This document shows, one piece after another, positions 27,059 through 35,359 of a stretch of 64,000 nucleotides of DNA. The stretch's first letter is position 1. The number at the start of each line of letters is the position of its first letter. The stretch comes from Armatimonadota bacterium (GTDB lineage Bacteria > Armatimonadota > UBA10988): the NCBI GenBank assembly GCA_016235455.1, contig JACRKZ010000031.1, positions 32,001 through 96,000 of the forward strand. The letters run 5' to 3'. The translations under genes and the position numbers were made by a program. The notes beneath the pieces are model-generated. The model did no database searches, had not been told where the DNA came from, and was given only the letters and a program-made list of their open reading frames with translations.

Positions 27059-29056
27059 GTGCGACGCTGGCGCGTCACATATCTGGTAACGTGGCTAGCC
27101 CTGCTGGCGTGTGGCGCGGCAACGGGCGCCACCATTGACCTTATGGCCAGCCCCAGCCGTGTCCCCGCGGATGGCGTGAGTACCATCACGCTTTCGGCCA
27201 CTGTGCGTGAAGGCACCAGCCTGGTGGAGGCGCCGGTGGCCGTGCTGTTCAACACCACGGCCGGCGAGTTGTCGCCTCTGGGCGGGGCCCGCGGCAACGG
27301 CCAGCAATTGCGCGTGATGACCCAGGGCGGTCGCGCGCAGGCGACCCTGCGGGCGACCACTTACGAGACCTCCGCGCTCGTCACAGCGGCGCTGATCGAC
27401 CAGGCCAACGCGACCACGGCTCAGCGCACTGTGACATTCGGGTCGAGCGGCACCAAGCAGGTCTTCTACGACAACATCATCAAGGTGACGGGCGCCTATC
27501 TGGCCTACTACCCGGAAGGCTCGATGATGGTCATGGAGGTGCTTGGCGATGCCGCGGTCTCGTACCAAGGCGTCGAGATCCGGGCCTCGCGGCTGCACTT
27601 GGATGTGCGCGAAGACATCCTGGTCGCGCGCGACTTCCAGGGCCGGGTGAGCATCGGGCATGGTGCGCCGCCGTACAAGAGCGATCGCAAGAACGAAGCC
27701 GCACCTTACTTCGGCGACGCGCTGGTGCTCGACATGCGCACTTTCACCGGCGCCATCTTCAGCACGCAGAGCGGGCAGACCACGCACTTTACGGGACGCG
27801 AACTGAGGAAGACGCCGGCGGTGGAGTTGCCGACGGACGCCTTCGACCTGTACGACGTGAGCGGCGCGAAGTTGCAGATCAGGGCGCGGCGGGCGGTCGT
27901 CTACCCCAATGAGAAGATCCGCTTCGACCAGCCCAAGTTCTACATGGGCGACAAGAAGATTCTGTCCCTGCCGTACTACTTCGAGCCGTTGGGCTATTCG
28001 GCCATGGGCGGCGGCGGCTTTGCGCAGTTCGTCAACTACAGCTCGCAGGACGGCCTGCTGGTCAACTTCCCCTACTACTTCGACATGGGCGATCGCTCGA
28101 CGAACGAAGTGACGCTGTCGCGGGGCGAACGGTCGGGCGTGTTCGCGCGGCAGAATGGTTGGCAGGTGTACTACCGCCACCACGCCGACTTGCCGCAGAA
28201 CAAGGGCGACTGGGACTTCACGATCGACCAGATCGGGACGCAGTTTGGCGTGACCTATCAGCGCAACCAGCGGTTTGGCAGCAATTCATACAGCTCTTTC
28301 TCGCTGACCTGGCCAGAGCACCGCAACCTTTACTCGAATGCGAACCTCTATACCACCATAGGACCGGGTACGCTGAGCGCGACGGGCAATCTGGACAACC
28401 TGCTCGGCCCCGGCGGCGGAATCAGTAACAACCTGAATGTGGTGTGGCAGAGCTTCCCGATGCGCGTCAAAGCCATCGACTCGCGTTTCTCGGTGGCCCT
28501 GGGCACCGGGTTCAGCCATTCGCTGAGCCAGCAGGACCTATGGCGCCAAAGCGTGTCGCTGAGCTGGGACCACGATGCCTGGAACTTCGGGCCCAAGGCG
28601 TCGCTGGTGCCGTATGCGGGTCTGCGCTACCAGAACACCATCAATGGAGGCCAGGAGACCGCATTTACGTTCAACACGACGTACCGGCAGGACCTGGCCG
28701 AGGGCATGACGCTGGGGCTGGGTTACACGTTCGACAAGGCGTGGAACTCGCAGTACAAGGTGCCCGACCGGCATGTGTTCTCGCTGGACTGGCAGATGAC
28801 CAAGACCAAGCTGCGCGGTTACGCGTATGCCAACTACAACCTGGTGGACCAGGCACTATCGGCCTCGGTGTTGTTCGACTACACGCTGTCGCGCAACTGG
28901 GGCCTGCAGGCGCAGACCATCTACCAGAGCAGCTCGCTGGGCTCGTTCAGCGAGACGGAGCTGTGGGCGTACCGCATGTTGGGCGGTCGCGAACTGCGCT
29001 TGCGTTATAATCTGGAACGCGGTAGGATCTTCTTCGAGATCGACAACCAATTCTGA
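27059..29056 (+). CDS. LptD-like outer-membrane beta-barrel protein with N-terminal Big_1 Ig domain
   Basis: GTG start with GGAGAGG RBS; signal peptide; VPADGVSTITLSATV (Big_1); OstA-like YQGVEIRASRL; LQIRARRAVVYPNEKI..KFYMG.KKILSLPYY (LptD-like); alternating aromatic beta-strands; C-terminal Phe. Confidence 0.65.
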   Translation: MRRWRVTYLVTWLALLACGAATGATIDLMASPSRVPADGVSTITLSATVREGTSLVEAPVAVLFNTTAGELSPLGGARGNGQQLRVMTQGGRAQATLRATTYETSALVTAALIDQANATTAQRTVTFGSSGTKQVFYDNIIKVTGAYLAYYPEGSMMVMEVLGDAAVSYQGVEIRASRLHLDVREDILVARDFQGRVSIGHGAPPYKSDRKNEAAPYFGDALVLDMRTFTGAIFSTQSGQTTHFTGRELRKTPAVELPTDAFDLYDVSGAKLQIRARRAVVYPNEKIRFDQPKFYMGDKKILSLPYYFEPLGYSAMGGGGFAQFVNYSSQDGLLVNFPYYFDMGDRSTNEVTLSRGERSGVFARQNGWQVYYRHHADLPQNKGDWDFTIDQIGTQFGVTYQRNQRFGSNSYSSFSLTWPEHRNLYSNANLYTTIGPGTLSATGNLDNLLGPGGGISNNLNVVWQSFPMRVKAIDSRFSVALGTGFSHSLSQQDLWRQSVSLSWDHDAWNFGPKASLVPYAGLRYQNTINGGQETAFTFNTTYRQDLAEGMTLGLGYTFDKAWNSQYKVPDRHVFSLDWQMTKTKLRGYAYANYNLVDQALSASVLFDYTLSRNWGLQAQTIYQSSSLGSFSETELWAYRMLGGRELRLRYNLERGRIFFEIDNQF

Positions 29057-29069
29057 TGGGAGGGCTGTC

Positions 29070-29915
29070 ATGTCCAACCTGCGGCTGAAGCCGTGGCTCG
29101 TAGTATGTGGGTTGCTCGTCATGCCTTGGCGAGCGCAGGCGCAGGATACCTCCGGCGCTGGTTTCTTCCCGTTCCGGGGCAGTGCCCGGACGGCTGGTCT
29201 GGCGGGCGCCTTCACGGCTGTCGCGGACGACGTGGCTGGCCTGCAGTGGAACCCGGCCGGCATGACCCAGGTGGCCACGCGCCAGGCGGGTGTCAACTTC
29301 AAGGTCAACGGCGACGGTGGCGACTACCTCAACGTGTCGTACATCGAGCCGGTTCGCCAGGGCAAGTTCGGCGGCGGCTTCACCTACATCAACGCCACGG
29401 ACGGCGCTGGTCGGCGTGACAACGTCTTCCAGTTCACCTATGGCCAGGCGTTCACCAACGAGCTGTCGTTCGGCGCCAATCTGCGCTATCAGACGGCCGA
29501 CGCTGGCGCGACGACCGACCAGAACTTCTCGTTCGACTTCGGCCTGCTCTTCCGCCCCAAGCGCTACAAGCAGTGGGCTGTGGGCCTGACCGCGTTGGAC
29601 ATCAATGAGCCCAGCTTCACGGGCATCGGCCTGCAGAAGCGCATCTTCAACCTGGGCTTGGCTTACCACCCGGACGAGTACACCACGCTGGCCCTGGACT
29701 GGTACGACATCGGCTCGCTGGCCCATCGTGGCCAGGCGCGCTTCGGTGCCGAGCGCCAGGTGACCCGCAACATCGCGGTGCGCGCCGGTGTGGCGCAGGA
29801 CACCTTCGGCGTGGGTCTCTCGCTCATGTACAAGTACTTCACGTTCGACTACGGCTTCCAGCGCCTGTCTGGCGCGCCGGACATGAACATGATCAGCGTG
29901 ACCGCCAACTTCTGA
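29070..29915 (+). CDS. PorV/PorQ (FadL-like) outer-membrane beta-barrel
   Basis: Signal peptide ending AQA|Q; hatch motif SARTAGLAGAFTAVADDVAGLQWNPAG; amphipathic strands; ends VTANF. GGAGGG RBS. Confidence 0.75.
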   Translation: MSNLRLKPWLVVCGLLVMPWRAQAQDTSGAGFFPFRGSARTAGLAGAFTAVADDVAGLQWNPAGMTQVATRQAGVNFKVNGDGGDYLNVSYIEPVRQGKFGGGFTYINATDGAGRRDNVFQFTYGQAFTNELSFGANLRYQTADAGATTDQNFSFDFGLLFRPKRYKQWAVGLTALDINEPSFTGIGLQKRIFNLGLAYHPDEYTTLALDWYDIGSLAHRGQARFGAERQVTRNIAVRAGVAQDTFGVGLSLMYKYFTFDYGFQRLSGAPDMNMISVTANF

Positions 29916-29938
29916 TCCTCAGATCAGGCGCGTGACGC

Positions 29939-29972
29939 GACCGGCGCGGTGCCCTTGGGCGCCGCGCCGGTC
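29939..29972. terminator. strong hairpin between convergent genes, likely bidirectional terminator
   Basis: GACCGGCGCGGTGCC-CTTG-GGCGCCGCGCCGGTC: 15-bp stem with one G-U pair. Confidence 0.6.
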
Positions 29973-30051
29973 CTGCATTTGGGTGGCTGGCACGCCCCAG
30001 TGAACGAAGCAGCGCGAGTCGCCGGTCGGTCAGACACCTCGGCTCTGAACA

Positions 30052-31758
30052 TCAGGCCAGGGGCAGTTCGCGACGCCGGCCGAGCAGCGGCGCCAGCGCC
30101 AGCACCGCGGCGGTGACGACGACCAGGATGACGCCATAGGCGGCGCCGCGGGCGAAGTAGCTACCGCGGAACTGGTTGGCGATCTCGATGGAGACGGGCC
30201 GGTTGGCTGGCGTGTAGAGCACGATGGAGGCGACGAACTCGCCCATGGCAGCGATGAAGGCCAACAGGCCGCCGACGATGGCGCCGGGCGCGACCAATGG
30301 CAGCACGACCGTGCCGAACACGCGGCCCGGCCGGGCGCCGAGGGTGCCGGCGGCCTCCTCGATGCTGGGATCGACCTGTGCGAAGGACGAACCCACGGCC
30401 CGCACCGTGAGCGGAATGCTCCGTACGAAGTAGGCCAAGGGCAGGATGGTGTAGGTGCTGAGCAGCAGGAACCGGCCGGCCCAGGGCTGGTTGACGCTGA
30501 ACCACTCCGCCAACGCCAGCGCGGTTACGGTGCCGGGAATGGCGTAGGGCAGCACGGCCAGTGCTTCGGCCAGGCCACGTCCCCGGAAGCGCACTCGCGC
30601 GAAGCACCACGCGGCGACGAGCGCGAACAGCACATTGGCCACTGTGGCCTGGGTGGCCATGGCCAGGCTGTTGATCAGTGGGATCTGGCCATCGGGCTGG
30701 GCCGCGATGAAGCGGAACGCGTCGAGTGTGTAGCGCGGCGGCAGGATCTGAGTGGTCCAGGCGGCGTCGTCGGCGAAGCTGAGCAGCAGCAGCATGGCGT
30801 GAGGCAGAAGCAGCACCACCACGGCCACGGCGCCCAGCAGGCCCAGCACCAGCCGCGTGCCACCCGACCGCACCATGCGACGTCGGCCAGCGCCGCCCTT
30901 GCCTCCGCCGTAGTAGTTGCCGCGACTCTCGACCCAGCGCAGCAGGAGCAAGAACAACACGCACACAGCCGCCAGCACCACGGTCTCGGCGCGCATGAGG
31001 GTCAGCGAGCTGCGTTGGCGCGAAGCCAGCAACTGAGTTGTCAGCACGCGCACGCCGCCCAGCACATACGGTGCGGTGAAGCTGGCCATGGACTGCATGA
31101 AGCAGAGCAACGAGGCGCCGAGTAGCGAAGGCGTGAGTAGTGGCAGCGTGACCGTCCAGAAGACGCGTGAACGGCCGGCGCCGAGCGTGCCAGCCGCCTC
31201 CAGCCGTGACTCATCCAACCGCTGCAAGCCGGCGGCGACGAACGTGTAGAAGTAGGCGTAGAAGCTGTAGGCATGGACCGCGAGCACGGCGCCCATGCCG
31301 CGGAAAGTCCACGGTGCGTGGCTGAGCCCCAGCGCCGACTGCACGAGCCGGGTGACGATGCCGCTGGGCGCATAGAGGAAGTAGAAAGCCATGGTGCCGA
31401 CGAGCGGTGGCAGCAGGATGGGCACGACGGCCAGGCCGGCGATGACTCGTCGCCCCGGGAAGTCGTAGCGGGTGACGAGGAAGGCCAGCGGCACGCCGAT
31501 GCCGGCCGACAGCAGGACCGACAGCACGGAGATGAGCAGCGAGTTGCCCAGCGCCTCGAACTCGATGTTGCTCAGCCCGTGGCCGGGTCCGACGAACAGC
31601 TCGTGCCACCCGGCGAGGGTGAAGACTGGACGCGGGCCGGAATCGTCGATGAGGCTGCCCACCGCGAGGCGCAGGTTGGGACCGGCCACCAGCCAGAGCA
31701 GGATGGCGGTGACCAGGACAGGCAGCAGTTGGCGGCTGGTGGGTCGCAGTCTGGGCAT
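30052..31758 (-). CDS. iron(III)/thiamine-type ABC transporter permease (FbpB/ThiP-like, two BPD_transp_1 halves)
   Basis: RYDFPGR, two EAA loops (LEAAGTLGA, IEEAAGTLGA). True start taken as MPRLRP at 31758; the longer ORF extension is antisense to the transposase. Confidence 0.85.
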   Translation of the reverse strand: MPRLRPTSRQLLPVLVTAILLWLVAGPNLRLAVGSLIDDSGPRPVFTLAGWHELFVGPGHGLSNIEFEALGNSLLISVLSVLLSAGIGVPLAFLVTRYDFPGRRVIAGLAVVPILLPPLVGTMAFYFLYAPSGIVTRLVQSALGLSHAPWTFRGMGAVLAVHAYSFYAYFYTFVAAGLQRLDESRLEAAGTLGAGRSRVFWTVTLPLLTPSLLGASLLCFMQSMASFTAPYVLGGVRVLTTQLLASRQRSSLTLMRAETVVLAAVCVLFLLLLRWVESRGNYYGGGKGGAGRRRMVRSGGTRLVLGLLGAVAVVVLLLPHAMLLLLSFADDAAWTTQILPPRYTLDAFRFIAAQPDGQIPLINSLAMATQATVANVLFALVAAWCFARVRFRGRGLAEALAVLPYAIPGTVTALALAEWFSVNQPWAGRFLLLSTYTILPLAYFVRSIPLTVRAVGSSFAQVDPSIEEAAGTLGARPGRVFGTVVLPLVAPGAIVGGLLAFIAAMGEFVASIVLYTPANRPVSIEIANQFRGSYFARGAAYGVILVVVTAAVLALAPLLGRRRELPLA

Positions 31759-31785
31759 GGCGCTATGATAATGCCGGTGAGTGTC

Positions 31786-32382
31786 ATGGGCTACGATCCG
31801 CGCGAGCATCATCGGCGGAGTGTGCGGCTGGCGGGGTATGACTATGCCGCCGCCGCGGCCCACTTCGTCACCGTGTGCACGACCGACCGCGCGCCGGTGT
31901 CGGGCGACGTGGTCGATGGCGTCGTGCGGTTGTCCGAACAGGGCGAGGTGGCGTGGGGCGTGTGGTGCAAGATACCTGAGCACTTCCCGCACGCCGACAT
32001 GGATGCGTTCGTGGTGATGCCCAACCACGTGCATGGGATCATCGTCATTGGCGCCGCGCCGGGATCGGTAGGGGCGACGCCGGAATCGGTAGGGGCGACG
32101 CATGCGTCGCCCCTACCGGCGGCGGACGCGTCGCGGCCATCGGCGGATCCGCGTGGTCCCGCGCCGGGGTCGCTGGGGGCCATTGTCGGGTCCTTCAAGG
32201 CGGCGACCACCCGGCGCATCAACCTGATGCGGCAGACGCCCGGCGCGCTGCTCTGGCAGCGCAGCTACCACGAGCACATCATCCGCGACGAGGACGGGTT
32301 GGCGCGGGTGCGGCGGTACATCGAAGATAACCCGCTACGCTGGGCCACCGACCGCGACAACCCCATGGCGAGGCGCCCCTGA
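31786..32382 (+). mobile_element. REP-associated tyrosine transposase (RAYT, IS200/Y1 family)
   Basis: HRRSVRLAGYDY...FVTVCT, HUH motif VVMPNHVHGII, SLGAIVGSFK, LWQRSYHEHIIRD...YIEDNPLRW. Confidence 0.9.
32064..32118. repeat. GTAG-type REP palindrome plus a partial upstream duplicate, inside the RAYT coding sequence
   Basis: Perfect 32-bp palindrome CGGTAGGGGCGACGCATGCGTCGCCCCTACCG (32087-32118); ATCGGTAGGGGCGACGC also occurs 21 bp upstream. Confidence 0.85.
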
Positions 32383-32393
32383 ACGAGGTCTGC

Positions 32394-33452
32394 CTACCCC
32401 TTCGCGCCCTTCCCCTTCACCGTCTGGTCCCAGCGCTGCATCCACTGGTCACCGTCGGTACGCACCTTGGCCCAGTCAAGCTTCAGCTCGGGCAGGTCGC
32501 GCGGCAGGTCGGCGGGCAGCTTGTCGCGGCCGGCATCGCGCGCGGGCAGACAGTAGAACTTCTCGGCGGCGTAGGCCATCTGTTCGGTCGAGGTGACCCA
32601 CTCGTAGAAGGTCCGAGCGGCCTCGGGCTGCCGGCTGCCCTTGACCAGGGCGAGCCCGTCGAGCACCATCGGGCAGCCCGACTTGGGGATGACGAAGCCC
32701 AGCTTGTAGCCATGGTCGCGGCGCTGGATGAAGACGTCCCGCAGGTTCCAGACGGTGACCACGCCTTCTTGGGCCTGGAACTGGCGGAACAGCATGGCCG
32801 GGTCGGCCGTGTAGGTGGTGGTGTTGGCATCCAGCCGGGTCAGCCAGGCGAATCCGGCGTCCACTGACGGCTGGCGTTGGATCATCGCGGCGATGAAGCT
32901 GCGCATGGTGCCGCTCTTGAGCGGGTCGCGGATGATGATCTTGCCCTTCCAGCGGGCATCGAGCAGGTCGTCCCAGTCCTTGGGCGCATCGGCGGGCTGG
33001 ACGGCATCGGTGTTGTAGACGATGACGCCGGGCGTGAGCCATTGGCCGTACCAGCGGTGCTGCGGGTCGCGGCGGGCGGGGTCCATGGTCTTGGACCAGG
33101 TGGGTTCATAGGGTTCCAGCAGGCCGAGTTCGGCGGCTTGGACGAAGTTGGTGTGTGGAGCGCCCCACCAGATGTCGGCCACAGGGTTGGCCTTCTCGGC
33201 GCGCAGGCGGTCCAGGACCTCCTGGGCGCCCATATCCACGGTCTGCAGGGCGATCTCGGGGTGCGCCGCGGCCCAGCGCTCCTTGTAGGGCTTGAGCATC
33301 TCATCGCCGTTGGGCGAGTAGATGGTCAGCGGGGCCTTGGTGGGGGCGACGGCCGGCTTGCCGGGCGCCTTGGCGTCGGTGGCGGGCCGAGGCGGCGCGC
33401 AGCCGGCCAGGGGCAGCAGCAGGAGGGTAGCCAACAAGGTTCGTCGCGACAT
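32394..33452 (-). CDS. ABC transporter substrate-binding lipoprotein (Fe3+/phosphonate/thiamine cluster)
   Basis: Lipobox LAGC; RLRAEKANPVADIWWG, PKDWDDLLD..WKGKI...DP..SGT. Confidence 0.88.
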   Translation of the reverse strand: MSRRTLLATLLLLPLAGCAPPRPATDAKAPGKPAVAPTKAPLTIYSPNGDEMLKPYKERWAAAHPEIALQTVDMGAQEVLDRLRAEKANPVADIWWGAPHTNFVQAAELGLLEPYEPTWSKTMDPARRDPQHRWYGQWLTPGVIVYNTDAVQPADAPKDWDDLLDARWKGKIIIRDPLKSGTMRSFIAAMIQRQPSVDAGFAWLTRLDANTTTYTADPAMLFRQFQAQEGVVTVWNLRDVFIQRRDHGYKLGFVIPKSGCPMVLDGLALVKGSRQPEAARTFYEWVTSTEQMAYAAEKFYCLPARDAGRDKLPADLPRDLPELKLDWAKVRTDGDQWMQRWDQTVKGKGAKG

Positions 33453-33569
33453 CGGTTGCTCTCCGGTCTGGTCCTTCCCATCAGGTTACTACCATCTATC
33501 GAACCGTGTACAATGAAGGTCCGCGGCGACCGGCGACGCGCGCGGCCAAAGACGAAGCGGGAGGATGGC

Positions 33570-34094
33570 ATGGGCGAGGCCCGGGTCACGGTGCGCCTGA
33601 GTTCTGGCGATCTGAACCGACTGCTGGGCGAGGCCAGCGATATCGACCTGCGCTACCGCGACGGCCGGTTCGAGCTGAGCCACACCGTGGCCAAAGTGAC
33701 GCTGACCGCCAACTTCTACCCCGAGGTGAGCGGCGGCCGCTTGCGCTTCGTCGTGCCGTTCGGCGAGCTGCGCTCCGACCGCGGCACCGGCCCGCTGGTG
33801 CGCGGTGCGCTGTCCATGGCCTGGAACTGGATTGAGACCAAGCTGGAGTCGGTGCTGGCGGAGAAGCTGTCGGCGCGCGGGCTGCCCTGGGACTTGGTGT
33901 GGGTCGACGGCCAACGCGACCAGACTGGCAAGTCGGCCACGGTGAATGTGTCGCTGGCGGTGCTCAACCAGTGGCTGGCCGACAAGAGCAGCGCCGCGGG
34001 CCTGCCCACGCGGCTGGCCGGCATGCGTGTCGAGCCCGAGGCGCTGGAGCTGCACTTGAGCCTGACTCCGGCCTCGGCCCATGTGACCTGGTAG
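33570..34094 (+). CDS. hypothetical protein (possible LmeA/DUF2993-like fold)
   Basis: ATG with GGGAGG RBS; TACAAT upstream at ~33508; coding-like codon usage. Confidence 0.55.
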   Translation: MGEARVTVRLSSGDLNRLLGEASDIDLRYRDGRFELSHTVAKVTLTANFYPEVSGGRLRFVVPFGELRSDRGTGPLVRGALSMAWNWIETKLESVLAEKLSARGLPWDLVWVDGQRDQTGKSATVNVSLAVLNQWLADKSSAAGLPTRLAGMRVEPEALELHLSLTPASAHVTW

Positions 34095-34101
34095 GTGCAA
34101 A

Positions 34102-34311
34102 GTGGATACTCAGCCTAGTCGCGTCCATCTCGACCCCACGGCGCTCAATACGCTGCTGGAGCAGTTCGTCAACAAGCCCGGCGAGCTGGAGGTCAGCTTT
34201 GTCGAGGGCCAGTTGCGCTGCGTGGCCAAAGGCCTGACGGTGACCGTGGCGTCGCTAACGCTGGATGCCGAAGGGCTGGACATCGGCCTGCATTTCGGCC
34301 AGCAGCCATGA
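34102..34311 (+). CDS. small hypothetical protein
   Basis: GTG start with AGGTG RBS; fills the gap; stop overlaps the next ATG (ATGA). Confidence 0.55.
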   Translation: MDTQPSRVHLDPTALNTLLEQFVNKPGELEVSFVEGQLRCVAKGLTVTVASLTLDAEGLDIGLHFGQQP

Positions 34312-35282
34312 CCTCGCGCGAGCGGATGCAGGCTATCCTGGCCGGCGAGCCACCCGACCGCATCGCCGCCTATGAGCACTGGTGGCCCGAGACGTTCGCC
34401 GTCTGGCGTGAGCAGGGCTATCCCGACGGCGTCAGCCCCGAAGATGGGCGCGGCGCCAGCTTGCGTTACTGGCAGGCCAAGTCGGGCACGCCGGAGCATC
34501 TGTCCTTCGACTGCACCAGCCCCGGCGCCTGGCGGCGCTACCGCGAGCCGTTGCTGTCGCTCGATCCCGCGCGCATCGACGCCGACAGCCTGCGACGCAA
34601 CCTCGACGCTGGCCGACAGGGCGAGCGGCTCTTGTTCATGGGCAACATGTTCATCTACGAATTGCTGCGCGCCACGCTGGGCGATGTGGTCATGCTGGAG
34701 AGCTTCCTGCTCGAACCAGCCTGGATCCACGACTTCTGCCGGGTGTACACGGACTTCTACCGGGCCCACTACGCCTGGATCTTCGACCGCATCGGCCGGC
34801 CCGACGCCATGTTCATCTACGAGGATCTGGGCCACTCGCACGGCTCGTTCTGCTCGCCAGCCACGTTCGACGCGCTGCTGGCGCCGTACCACGCGGAACT
34901 GGTCGGCTTCTTTGCCGACTACGGCCTGCCCAGCATCCTGCACACCTGCGGCGACGTGCGCGACCTGTTCCCGAGCATCCAGCGCTGCGGCTGGTCGTGC
35001 CTGCAGCCCATGGGCGCCAAGGCGGGCAACAACATGCTTGACTACGCCGATCAGGCTCGTGCGTCGGGCAGGCGGCTGGGCTTCATGGGCAACATCGACG
35101 TGACGGTACTCAACACGGGCGACCGCGACGCCATCGCGCGCGAGGTGACGACCAAGGTGCGCGGCATGGTCGAGCGGCGTGCGCCGTACTGCTTCCACTC
35201 GGACCACAGCATCCCGCCCGACGTGAGCTATGCGGACTACCGCTTTGCGCTGGAGTTGGCGCGCGAGTGCGGGGTCTACTGA
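34308..35282 (+). CDS. uroporphyrinogen decarboxylase / MtaA-CmuA family protein
   Basis: MTSRER...PDR, YEDLG..G.F.SP, LHTCGD, GNID, HSDHSIPPDVS. Confidence 0.85.
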   Translation: MTSRERMQAILAGEPPDRIAAYEHWWPETFAVWREQGYPDGVSPEDGRGASLRYWQAKSGTPEHLSFDCTSPGAWRRYREPLLSLDPARIDADSLRRNLDAGRQGERLLFMGNMFIYELLRATLGDVVMLESFLLEPAWIHDFCRVYTDFYRAHYAWIFDRIGRPDAMFIYEDLGHSHGSFCSPATFDALLAPYHAELVGFFADYGLPSILHTCGDVRDLFPSIQRCGWSCLQPMGAKAGNNMLDYADQARASGRRLGFMGNIDVTVLNTGDRDAIAREVTTKVRGMVERRAPYCFHSDHSIPPDVSYADYRFALELARECGVY

Positions 35283-35359
35283 CGAACGGCTGATGGCAGG
35301 AACGGCACGCCAGACGCCGAAGCCAGCCACTGCGCCGTTCGCCCGGCAGGGATGATTCC

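Noticed and set aside
31759-32103. Apparent N-terminal extension of the ABC permease, and the upstream extension of the transposase ORF from 31273
   Set aside because: Each is the antisense reading of the other gene; starts were reassigned to 31758 and 31786.
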